DNA of 64,000 nt, from NCBI GenBank assembly GCA_964552045.1, contig CAZKFF010000002.1, positions 3,855-67,854 on the forward strand, given 5' to 3'. Position 1 is the stretch's first letter, and each line of letters opens with the position of its first letter. The notes below the pieces were generated by a model. The model worked only from the letters and a program-made list of their open reading frames with translations. It was not told where the DNA came from and did not search any database. Below are positions 48,910 through 57,136 of the stretch, piece after piece. The translations under genes and the position numbers were made by a program. The stretch comes from an uncultured Candidatus Saccharibacteria bacterium (GTDB lineage: Bacteria; Patescibacteriota; Minisyncoccia; Phycocordibacterales; UBA918).

Positions 48910-50349
48910 ATGAATCTTTCTAAACTCTCCGTGGCGCTCGTCATTGCGTTCATCGTGTGTTCTATTGCCGCAGTTGCGCTGATCCTCCTCCTCGGTGGGA
49001 CAGAATTGCTGTGGTTTCTGCGGGTGAACCTGATCCAGGCATTCGGGCTTGGAATTGCCGTCACAGCGTCACTCTTCTTCTTCCTTCGTCTGGTGTGGCG
49101 GCTCCACGCGCTCCCCATGGAGATCTCGATGGTATTTTTCGTTATCGGTGTTGCGATGTTTGTCTCAGTGTCCTTTGGCAGTCTCTACGCATTTCAGTAC
49201 CCCGTGTTTGTGAATTCGTTCGGACCGGGTATGGGACCGGGACTGCCGCTCTCTAATGTCATCACATTCTTCCGTCACGTTCATTCATTTGAACGTGTCG
49301 AGAATATTGCCCGCAATCCCAACGACGTCCCGCCGCCGATCACCCTTCAAAAGGAAGCAGCGGATCCGATCGCTCTTGTAGCCACAAGTTCTGTTGCCAC
49401 AAGTTCTGCAACAACTACGGGTCTCCAGAACGGAACATCCACTCCGTTGACGGAAGCCGCTGTAACAGAGCGCGGGAATGAGGTCGTGAAGGTATACCTT
49501 GAGACCAAAGAGGTCTTAAGTGAGATCGGTCCCGATATTGTTTTCAATTACTGGACGTTCAACGGCACGGTTCCCGGACCGTTCGTGCGCGTGCGCGAAG
49601 GCGACACTGTGGAGGTCACCATTCACAACGATGAGACGAGCCTCCACAGCCACAATATCGACTTCCATGCAGCAACCGGTCCGGGAGGCGGCGGAGCAGT
49701 ATCGGTGGTTGCTCCCGGAGAAACCAAGACGTTCAGTTTCAAAGCGATGGACCCCGGACTCTTTGTGTACCACTGTGCGGTGCCGAATATGGCAGTCCAT
49801 ATGACCCACGGCATGTACGGCCTTATCTTGGTGGAACCCGAAGAAGGTTTAACGCCGGTTGATAAGGAGTTCTACATAATGCAGGGCGAGCTCTATACCA
49901 CAGGGAAGCTTGGTCGCTCAGGACTGCAGGTCTTTGACGCGCAGAAAATGCTCGACGGCAAGCCGGAGTATGTTGTGTTCAATGGCAAAACCGGAGGATT
50001 GGGTGCTGAGATGCAGGCGAAGGTTGGAGATAAGATCCGCATATATGTCGGCAACGGCGGGGTGACTTCCGTATCTTCATTCCATGTGGTCGGCGAGGTG
50101 TTTGATACCGTCTATCCCGAAGCATCGCTTGGAGGCGCAGTATTTAAGGATATCCAAACAACCGTCATCCCTGCAGGTGGCGCGACAATCGTCGAGTTTA
50201 CTGTTGACTATCCGGGCAAGTACACGCTTGTTGATCACGCGCTCATGCGTACTGACAAAGGTGCATGGGGAACGCTCACCGTAAAAGGCGAGGCAGACCC
50301 GTCGATCTTCAATGGTGATTTCAGCACAAGCGGAACCGCAGGTCACTAA
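48910..50349 (+). CDS. nirK: Copper-containing nitrite reductase with N-terminal membrane domain
   Basis: WTFNGTVPGP, HNIDFH, YHCAVPNMAVHMTHGMYG, SSFHVVG, LVDH. Confidence 0.92.
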   Translation: MNLSKLSVALVIAFIVCSIAAVALILLLGGTELLWFLRVNLIQAFGLGIAVTASLFFFLRLVWRLHALPMEISMVFFVIGVAMFVSVSFGSLYAFQYPVFVNSFGPGMGPGLPLSNVITFFRHVHSFERVENIARNPNDVPPPITLQKEAADPIALVATSSVATSSATTTGLQNGTSTPLTEAAVTERGNEVVKVYLETKEVLSEIGPDIVFNYWTFNGTVPGPFVRVREGDTVEVTIHNDETSLHSHNIDFHAATGPGGGGAVSVVAPGETKTFSFKAMDPGLFVYHCAVPNMAVHMTHGMYGLILVEPEEGLTPVDKEFYIMQGELYTTGKLGRSGLQVFDAQKMLDGKPEYVVFNGKTGGLGAEMQAKVGDKIRIYVGNGGVTSVSSFHVVGEVFDTVYPEASLGGAVFKDIQTTVIPAGGATIVEFTVDYPGKYTLVDHALMRTDKGAWGTLTVKGEADPSIFNGDFSTSGTAGH

Positions 50350-50391
50350 GCACTCTCTTACGCTTCGGACGAATATGCTGTGTGATAGCAT

Positions 50392-52047
50392 ATGCATAGT
50401 ATGAAGCTTGCCGAGGAACTCAAGCAACGGATCACGGGAGAAGTCACTGACGACCCTTCTACACTCGAGAAGTACAGCGAAGACACGAGCATTTTCCATA
50501 TCAAGCCCGCGTGCGTTGTGGTACCAAAAAACAGTGATGATCTTCGTGCGCTTATACAGTTCGCCGGAGAAAATCCGGGCGTATCACTCACTGCACGTAG
50601 TGCCGGAACCGATATGTCGGGCGGTCCGTTAAACGATTCGGTCATCGTCTGTATGACCGAACATTTCAACCGCATCATTGAAGTGGGGGAGGATTATGCA
50701 ATTGCGCAGCCGGGAGTTTTCTACCGCGATTTTGAAAAAGCAACGCTCCAAAAAGGATTGTTGCTGCCGTGCTACACCGCCTCACGTGAACTCAATACCG
50801 TCGGTGGCATGGTCGCCAATAATTCCGCAGGAGAGAAGTCGCTTACGTACGGTAAAACAGACAAGTATGTGCGCGAACTTAAGGTCATGTTGCGCGATGG
50901 CAACGAGTATGTGTTCCGTAAGCTCAACCGCCAGGAGCTCGAGGAAAAGAAAAGTCTCCAGACATTCGAGGGGCAGATCTACCGCGATGTTGATTGGCTC
51001 ATTCATGAGCGCATCGATACCATCCGCGCGGGCAAACCGATCGTCTCAAAGAATTCCGCAGGGTACGCGATCTGGAATGTCTGGAACGAAGCAGAGGATA
51101 CGTTTGATCTCACCCAGCTTTTTGTTGGTTCGCAGGGGACACTCGGGCTGATCACCGAGATCACCTTCAAACTGGTGAAACCAAAAACCCATTCCCGTAT
51201 GCTCATACTGTTTTTGCGACCGCATCACATGAGCATTCTGGGGGAGCTTGTGAATACGGTCCTGCGAGAGAAACCTGAAAGTTTTGAATCGTATGATGAC
51301 AAGACCTTTGGCGTGATGCTCCGTGTATTACCGCAGCTTATGAAGCGTCTGGGAGGTAATGTTTTCACGTTGCCGTTTTCATTTTTGCCTGAAGCGCGGA
51401 TGTTCCTCACCGGCGGTATACCAAAGCTGGTTCTTATGGCTGAGTTTACCGGAGATTCTGAAGCTGAGGTCATCGCAGCAGCAGAACGTGCACAAGATGA
51501 CGTACGGGCACGCTTTACGGTTGCGAGTCACGTCACGCGTTCGCAAAAAGAGGGTGACAAATACTGGATCATACGTCGGGAAAGTTTCAATCTGCTTCGC
51601 AACAATGTGCACGAGAAACATACAGCACCGTTTATCGACGACATTTCCGTACGACCGGAGTATTTGCCGGAATTCCTCCCGAAGCTGTATGCCATCATGG
51701 CGCAGTACAAGATCATCTTCACGATCGCCGGACACATCGGTGACGGAAATTTCCATATCATTCCGCTCATGGATTTCTCCCGTCCCGATTTTGTGACCAT
51801 CATCCGTGAACTTTCCAACAGGGTGTATGCACTCGTGGGGGAATACCACGGTTCGATCACGGGGGAGCACAACGACGGGCTTATCCGTACACCGTTTCTT
51901 GATCGGATGTTCTCTCCGCAGATGCTTAGCCTTTTTGCAGATCTGAAGAAGGTCTTTGATCCGCAGGGCATTTTCAATCCACACAAAAAGGTCGATGGTG
52001 ACATGGACCTTCTCTTCCGTTCGATCAAGCACGAGGTGAGGGATTAG
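50392..52047 (+). CDS. FAD-linked oxidoreductase (GlcD/D-lactate dehydrogenase-like)
   Basis: RSAGTDMSG, GGMVANNSAG, GSQGTLG, GHIGDGNFH, GEHNDG, DPQGIFNP. Confidence 0.9.
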   Translation: MHSMKLAEELKQRITGEVTDDPSTLEKYSEDTSIFHIKPACVVVPKNSDDLRALIQFAGENPGVSLTARSAGTDMSGGPLNDSVIVCMTEHFNRIIEVGEDYAIAQPGVFYRDFEKATLQKGLLLPCYTASRELNTVGGMVANNSAGEKSLTYGKTDKYVRELKVMLRDGNEYVFRKLNRQELEEKKSLQTFEGQIYRDVDWLIHERIDTIRAGKPIVSKNSAGYAIWNVWNEAEDTFDLTQLFVGSQGTLGLITEITFKLVKPKTHSRMLILFLRPHHMSILGELVNTVLREKPESFESYDDKTFGVMLRVLPQLMKRLGGNVFTLPFSFLPEARMFLTGGIPKLVLMAEFTGDSEAEVIAAAERAQDDVRARFTVASHVTRSQKEGDKYWIIRRESFNLLRNNVHEKHTAPFIDDISVRPEYLPEFLPKLYAIMAQYKIIFTIAGHIGDGNFHIIPLMDFSRPDFVTIIRELSNRVYALVGEYHGSITGEHNDGLIRTPFLDRMFSPQMLSLFADLKKVFDPQGIFNPHKKVDGDMDLLFRSIKHEVRD

Positions 52048-52118
52048 GTTTGGAATCTCCGTATACGTGACGTATACCTTCCGTCACGTACGTTCATCGT
52101 TTATCGGGGCATCGCATA

Positions 52119-52277
52119 ATGGCAACCACGTGCGTCGCGTTCTTCTACATGCTCACGCCGTACGCATATTTCCCGATACTCATCCTTGCGCTCGCTGGTG
52201 TGGCGACATTTATACAATTGTTCGCCAACATGATCGGATGGAAGGCTGAACAGCTAAAACAGGATGTGGAAGGGTAG
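52119..52277 (+). pseudogene. Duplicated 3' fragment of the DUF1360 gene (direct repeat copy 2 = 52121-52246)
   Basis: Reads MATTCVAFF...GWKAEQLKQDVEG*, versus ...GWKAEQLKRETEGE* in the full gene. Confidence 0.85.
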
Positions 52278-52345
52278 AGGAGTTTGACATTCGCATCAAA
52301 AGGAGCACTATAGTGCCCGGCATAGTCAAGAAAGGGGTAGAGATA

Positions 52346-52519
52346 ATGCGGTCAAACACTCGGGTGACGCTTGCAGTCGCTGCGGCCATTCTCTTGGCGG
52401 GGGGAATTTTTCATTTGGTCGAGAAATTTCCTCCTCCGAGCGATACGCGGTGTTTCGCTCCGGGCGGATCCTTCTACGTAAAGCTGAATGAGGATGGCAC
52501 CTTCGCGAAGATCGAGTAA
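52346..52519 (+). CDS. Small membrane-anchored hypothetical protein
   Basis: TTGACA upstream, AAAGGGG RBS, TM segment, downstream terminator. Confidence 0.55.
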   Translation: MRSNTRVTLAVAAAILLAGGIFHLVEKFPPPSDTRCFAPGGSFYVKLNEDGTFAKIE

Positions 52520-52568
52520 GACAAACAGGCCGGCGCACGTCGGCCTTTTTCGTGCCTGTATGCTTATG

Positions 52569-52591
52569 TGGTCGGGATGACGGGAATCGAA
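52569..52591 (-). repeat. Duplicated tRNA-Pro 3' end with CCA (att-like remnant)
   Basis: Minus strand TTCGATTCCCGTCATCCCGACCA, nearly identical to the 3' end of the outer tRNA. Confidence 0.75.
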
Positions 52592-52677
52592 GCTTACAGC
52601 TTCAGTACAGGTTGTCGGTGTTTCTTATCGCAAGCTCCAGAAATACCGACAACCTCTTCGATCGCTCCGAGCGATAG

Positions 52678-52716
52678 AAACACAAAAGCTCAGTGCAAGG
52701 CTGAGCTTTTGTGTTT
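52678..52716 (-). terminator. Terminator hairpin after the tRNA-Pro locus
   Basis: AAACACAAAAGCTCAG-N7-CTGAGCTTTTGTGTTT. Confidence 0.75.
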
Positions 52717-52718
52717 TG

Positions 52719-52917
52719 TCGGGATGCCGGGAATCGAACCTGGGCCACACGTCCTCTGGGCGCAGATGCCCACCGGACATCTGGTGAAAAACTGAGTCGG
52801 GGTAACCGGAATCGAACCGATGTCTTACCCACCCCATGGGTATATACTGCCCCTATACTATACCCCGAATCAATTTTTCACCCCCATGCGTGCGCACTGT
52901 CACTATGCTACACCCCG
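52719..52917 (-). tRNA. Outer tRNA-Pro(GGG), interrupted in the anticodon loop by ~126 nt (possibly a pseudogene)
   Basis: 5' half CGGGGTG-TA-GCAT..GTGC-G-CACGC-ATGGG(GG) at 52917-52881; 3' half ACGTG-TGGC-CCAGG-TTCGATT-CCCGG-CATCCCG-A at 52752-52719. Confidence 0.75.
52797..52867 (-). tRNA. tRNA-Pro(GGG), intact, nested in the outer tRNA gene
   Basis: CGGGGTA-TA-GTAT-AGGGGCA-GTAT-A-TACCC-ATGGGGT-GGGTA-AGAC-ATCGG-TTCGATT-CCGGT-TACCCCG-A folds as a full cloverleaf. Confidence 0.88.
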
Positions 52918-52928
52918 ATTGACGCACC

Positions 52929-52958
52929 AGTATAGCCGATGCTGCGCTTGATTGACAA
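52929..52958 (-). promoter_or_regulatory. Sigma70-type promoter for the tRNA-Pro locus
   Basis: Minus strand TTGTCA-N18-TATACT, 11 nt upstream of the outer tRNA 5' end. Confidence 0.6.
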
Positions 52959-53003
52959 CAAATGGTACATTGTGTCTAATGGTCGCAGGTAAAGGAGGAT
53001 CTC

Positions 53004-53405
53004 ATGCTACTTACTCACCGGTCTGTTGTGACCTTTCTGTTCGTGTTCTTCTCTGCGGGGCTTCTGTTCTACGTACTCGGCGTTGCCGAGAACGGATCTG
53101 ATCTGATGCTCTCCATTGCTGGCAGAGCACCGATCCCGTTCTGGCTGCTGTGCTTCGCTTCCGCATTCATCGGGACGCTCTCGGGCTTCGCATTTGGGGA
53201 GCAGACCAGGCTCTCGGGAGTACTCTATCTCTTTGGGGCGCCGCTGTTCTTCGTCCTCGGGTTCGGAGAGGTACGGCCGTTGTTGCTTGTCCTCTCAGTC
53301 TATGCTTTCCACGCCTTCATGTTTCTCCTCGTCCTCCTCTCTGTGGGACTGATGCAGAAGCGCGAGTATGAAGCTGAGCAGCATGACACTATATCGGGGA
53401 TCTGA
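53004..53405 (+). CDS. Hypothetical 4-TM membrane protein
   Basis: AAGGAGG RBS; four hydrophobic segments. Confidence 0.7.
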   Translation: MLLTHRSVVTFLFVFFSAGLLFYVLGVAENGSDLMLSIAGRAPIPFWLLCFASAFIGTLSGFAFGEQTRLSGVLYLFGAPLFFVLGFGEVRPLLLVLSVYAFHAFMFLLVLLSVGLMQKREYEAEQHDTISGI

Positions 53406-53475
53406 CCGGAGGGCCGCAACGCTTGCGTTGCGGCCCTTGTTTGTTTGCACAGTTGTGGTATTGTGTCGTGCAACA

Positions 53476-53600
53476 GGCTCAAGACAGTTGGTCTCTTTCC
53501 GTAAAGGGAAAGAGGTAATGAACCGCTTGGTTCGCCAGCCGAGGTCCACTATTTTTTAGATGGAGGTCGAAGCCTAATGGAACCTACGTTCCACTGGGCC
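53476..53600 (+). promoter_or_regulatory. Ribosomal protein L10 leader RNA
   Basis: AAGACAGTTGG...TAA...CCAGCCGAGG kink-turn/rRNA-mimic pattern directly upstream of rplJ. Confidence 0.8.
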
Positions 53601-53627
53601 TGTTTTTATCCAATGATTTCTTAAATC

Positions 53628-54119
53628 ATGGCAATTACAAAAGCAAAGAAGGAAGAGATCCTTGCAAAACTCGAAGGCATCAAGAATGAAGCCGACTCCA
53701 TCGTGTTCGTCCATTTCAACGGCTTGCCGGTTAAGGACAGTACCGATATGCGCGCTAAACTGCGCGAAGAGGGAGTTGGATTCCTCGTTGCCAAGAAGAC
53801 GCTGATGGAGCGGGCATTTAATGGTGCATTCGAAGGTGAGATGCCTATGCTTGACGGCGAGATTGCCGTTGCGTATTCAGAAGACGCAATCGCTCCAGCG
53901 CAGAACATCAAAGAGTTCGCAGGGAAATACAAGGACAATCTTGCGATCGTTGGCGGAGTGTTCCAGGGCGTATACAAGAGCAAGGAAGAGATGACAGAGA
54001 TAGCATCTATACCGTCACTTCAGGTGCTGCGCGGTATGTTCGTCAACATCATCAATTCTCCGATCCAGGGACTGGTTATTGGTCTCGATGCAATCGCTCA
54101 GAAAAAGGAAGCAGCATAA
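53628..54119 (+). CDS. rplJ: 50S ribosomal protein L10
   Basis: K.KK...L, GL.V, VAKKTL, A.IPS..VL; precedes rplL. Confidence 0.96.
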   Translation: MAITKAKKEEILAKLEGIKNEADSIVFVHFNGLPVKDSTDMRAKLREEGVGFLVAKKTLMERAFNGAFEGEMPMLDGEIAVAYSEDAIAPAQNIKEFAGKYKDNLAIVGGVFQGVYKSKEEMTEIASIPSLQVLRGMFVNIINSPIQGLVIGLDAIAQKKEAA

Positions 54120-54140
54120 TTTATTGTTAATACAAATATC

Positions 54141-54569
54141 ATGGCAGAAGAAACAACAGAGGTAGTTGCAGAAACTACAGAAGAAACAATCGAGGTGCCT
54201 GCGAAATTCAAGGCGCTTGTTGATCAGGTAGAAGAGATGTCAGTGCTTGAGCTTCATGAGCTCGTGAAGGTACTCGAAAAGAAATTCGGCGTTTCAGCAC
54301 AGGCAGTTGCTGTCGCAGGTCCGGCAGCAGGCAATGGCGCTGATGCGGGCGAGGAGCAGTCAGAGTTCACTGTTGAACTTACTGACGGCGGCGCTCAGAA
54401 GATCGCGGTCATCAAGGTAGTGAAGGAGGCGCTTGGTCTCGGACTCAAGGAAGCGAAGGATATGGTAGACGCAGCTCCTTCAGTCGTGAAGGAGGGTATG
54501 AAGAAGGAGGATGCGGAAGCCCTTAAAGCAAAGCTTGAGGAAGCTGGTGCTAAAGTGACATTGAAATAA
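54141..54569 (+). CDS. rplL: 50S ribosomal protein L7/L12
   Basis: [35 protein letters not shown]. Confidence 0.98.
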   Translation: MAEETTEVVAETTEETIEVPAKFKALVDQVEEMSVLELHELVKVLEKKFGVSAQAVAVAGPAAGNGADAGEEQSEFTVELTDGGAQKIAVIKVVKEALGLGLKEAKDMVDAAPSVVKEGMKKEDAEALKAKLEEAGAKVTLK

Positions 54570-54586
54570 GTTTCCTAATCCAAAAC

Positions 54587-54612
54587 AAAAACGCCCATAT
54601 GGGCGTTTTTTT
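54587..54612 (+). terminator. Intrinsic terminator after rplL
   Basis: AAAAACGCCCATATGGGCGTTTTTTT. Confidence 0.8.
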
Positions 54613-54863
54613 TGGCAAGAAATTTTCAAAGTTACTTTAGAGGCGCAGCGATACGAAGCGCTCCTCCCTAGAGCGCTGAGGCAGCGAGCCGGCGGCCGAG
54701 AGTTCTTATTATCTTTCAGAGCGTAGCGAATGAAAGTAGTTAGAAACTCGTGGCAAAGTTACACTAAAATAAGTTTTTCAGAGAAAATAAAAGCGAAGGA
54801 CAATCTTCGCTTTTATTTGCTCAGATCATGTGACAAATTGAAGCGTGTGCGCTAGTCTTTGGT

Positions 54864-56294
54864 ATGCCAGAAAAAACCCGAACCCTTTTAGAAGGACCGA
54901 TCATCACCTCGCTTGTTACGCTGGCGCTTCCGATCGTATGTGCCAATCTCCTGCAATCAGCGTACCAGCTCACTGACGCTTTTTGGGTAGGCCGACTTGG
55001 CGGAACGGCTGTTGCTGCCGTATCGGTAAGTTTTCCGGTTATTTTTCTGCAGATCGCGCTTGGTGCAGGCTTGGCGGTTGCGGGGTCAACGCTCATCGCC
55101 CAGTACTTCGGTGCCCGTAATGAAGCAATGGTCAACCGGGTCGCTGCACAGACGCTGTTAATGGTTGCGTGCGTGTCGCTTCTCCTTGGAACGCTCGGTT
55201 TTTTTCTTGCTCCGCACATACTTACGCTCATGGGAGTATCATCTGAAGTCCATGATGCAGCGCTCGGATTCATGCGCGTATCATTTGCCGGATTGATCTT
55301 TACCTTTGGATTCGCTATGTTCCAGTCGATCATGCGCGGCATCGGACAGGTGACGCTTCCTTTATATATTGTGGGCAGTACCGTATTACTCAATGCCCTG
55401 CTCGATCCGTTCTTCATCTTCGGTTTTGGACCGTTTGCGGGACATGGAGTAATGGGTGCTGCAGTAGCTACTCTGTGCACGCAGGGTATTGCCGCGCTCT
55501 GCGGCCTTCTGGTCCTGTTTTGGGGTAAGTACGGTATTCATTTGCATCTGCACGATTTCGCACCGGATCTTTCATTCATGAAGCGTGCGTTTCTCCTCGG
55601 GTTTCCCGCTTCCGTTGAGCAGTCCGCTCGGGCGCTTGGTCTCACGATCATGACCTTTCTCATCGCAAGCTTCGGCACGCTTGCGGTCGCATCATATGGT
55701 GTCGGGTCGAATATCCTGCAGTTTATTGTCATTATCGCGCTCGGATTTTCTATGGCGGTATCGACGCTCGTCGGGCAGAACATCGGTGCCGGACAAATAG
55801 AGCGCGCGTCTGCCATTGCCCGCTTGGGAGCGGTTCTTTCGTTCAGTATCTTCTCCGTTCTGGGCGTATTTGCGTTCCTGTTCGCACCGCATCTCATAGC
55901 ATTCTTTGTGCCGAATGATCCTGAAGTGATCAAAGCGGGAGCGACTTTTGTGCGCACTGTTTCCCTCACGTATGGATTTATCGGTCTGCAGATGTCCTTG
56001 AACGGCGTTTTCCGCGCATCAGGCAACATGCTGGCGACTATGATCCTCGCGCTCGTTTCCCAATGGGTGCTGCAGTTTCCGATCGCATATCTGCTCTCAA
56101 AGCACACCTCGCTCGGAATCGGAGGGTTGTGGTGGGCGTTCCCGGTCACCAACATTCTTATGGCGGGCATCACATTCGCGTGGTATCTGAAAGGGGACTG
56201 GAAAAAGAAGCGTCTCACGCAGGAAGAGCAGTTCGCCGAGCAGGTCACCGAGGAAATCATCATTGAAGAAGGAGGACACAGGAGAGCCTCCTAG
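54864..56294 (+). CDS. MATE family efflux transporter
   Basis: About 12 TMs; D.FWVGRLG, RGIG...LP, LDP.FIFG, GQNIGAG. Confidence 0.93.
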   Translation: MPEKTRTLLEGPIITSLVTLALPIVCANLLQSAYQLTDAFWVGRLGGTAVAAVSVSFPVIFLQIALGAGLAVAGSTLIAQYFGARNEAMVNRVAAQTLLMVACVSLLLGTLGFFLAPHILTLMGVSSEVHDAALGFMRVSFAGLIFTFGFAMFQSIMRGIGQVTLPLYIVGSTVLLNALLDPFFIFGFGPFAGHGVMGAAVATLCTQGIAALCGLLVLFWGKYGIHLHLHDFAPDLSFMKRAFLLGFPASVEQSARALGLTIMTFLIASFGTLAVASYGVGSNILQFIVIIALGFSMAVSTLVGQNIGAGQIERASAIARLGAVLSFSIFSVLGVFAFLFAPHLIAFFVPNDPEVIKAGATFVRTVSLTYGFIGLQMSLNGVFRASGNMLATMILALVSQWVLQFPIAYLLSKHTSLGIGGLWWAFPVTNILMAGITFAWYLKGDWKKKRLTQEEQFAEQVTEEIIIEEGGHRRAS

Positions 56295-56370
56295 GATTGG
56301 GACACCAACCCCCAAAACTGTAAAGACTGTGGATAGTCTACCCGATGCTATAATCGCATCACAATCCGAT

Positions 56371-56994
56371 ATGACCGATCCGCTCACCATTCTGTTTGGA
56401 AGCCAGGCGCGAGTGAAACTCCTCCGCTTCTTCCTTTTCAACCCTTCTAAAGAGTTCACATTCGATGAGATCAGCCGCAGGGCGCGGCTCGTGCGGCGCA
56501 CGGCGCGTACGGAAATGAATGCGCTTGAGCGTGCAGAGGTCATCAAGAAAAAGCAGTTCTATCTGCAGGCAGAAGGAAGCACGGTCAAAAAACGAGTGCA
56601 GGGATATGCGCTCAATAAGGAGTTCCCAAATCTGCAGTCGCTGCAGACCTTCCTCTTCGAGACCGCGCCGATAAACGGCAAGACCGTGCTGAAGCATCTG
56701 CGCAAGGCCGGCACGCTCGACTTTGTGTGCATCGCAGGCATCTTTGTGCGCGATTTCGATCAGCGCATTGACGTGCTTCTGGCAATGAAGAAGTATTCTC
56801 CTGCAAAAGTAGAGACTGCCATCCGCTCGCTTGAAGCAGAGCTTGGAGTGGAGATACGCTTTGCCGCCTTCGAATCGACCGATCTCCTGTATCGTGTTGG
56901 GATGTATGACAAGCTCACCCGTGATGTCTTCGACTACCCGCACCAGATAATCATTGACCGGATAGGCGTTAAGGACGAACTGCCGCGGCGATAG
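56371..56994 (+). CDS. Winged-HTH protein with degenerate nucleotidyltransferase-like C-terminal domain
   Basis: LFGSQARVKLLRFF..NP N-terminus; G.F......IDVL C-terminal pattern. Confidence 0.7.
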   Translation: MTDPLTILFGSQARVKLLRFFLFNPSKEFTFDEISRRARLVRRTARTEMNALERAEVIKKKQFYLQAEGSTVKKRVQGYALNKEFPNLQSLQTFLFETAPINGKTVLKHLRKAGTLDFVCIAGIFVRDFDQRIDVLLAMKKYSPAKVETAIRSLEAELGVEIRFAAFESTDLLYRVGMYDKLTRDVFDYPHQIIIDRIGVKDELPRR

Positions 56995-57108
56995 AGGCAA
57001 AAAGCAGGGAAATATCGGGGAAAGCGGAGCTTTCCCGGATATTTCCTGTGCACAAACCTGTGCACAATGGGAGGTATAAAACTCTTGATAAGTATCAAGA
57101 GAAAAGGC

Positions 57109-57136
57109 TTGACTTTGTTTTCGATTCATATAGAAT
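57109..57136 (+). promoter_or_regulatory. rRNA promoter
   Basis: TTGACT-N16-TAGAAT upstream of the 23S leader. Confidence 0.65.
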
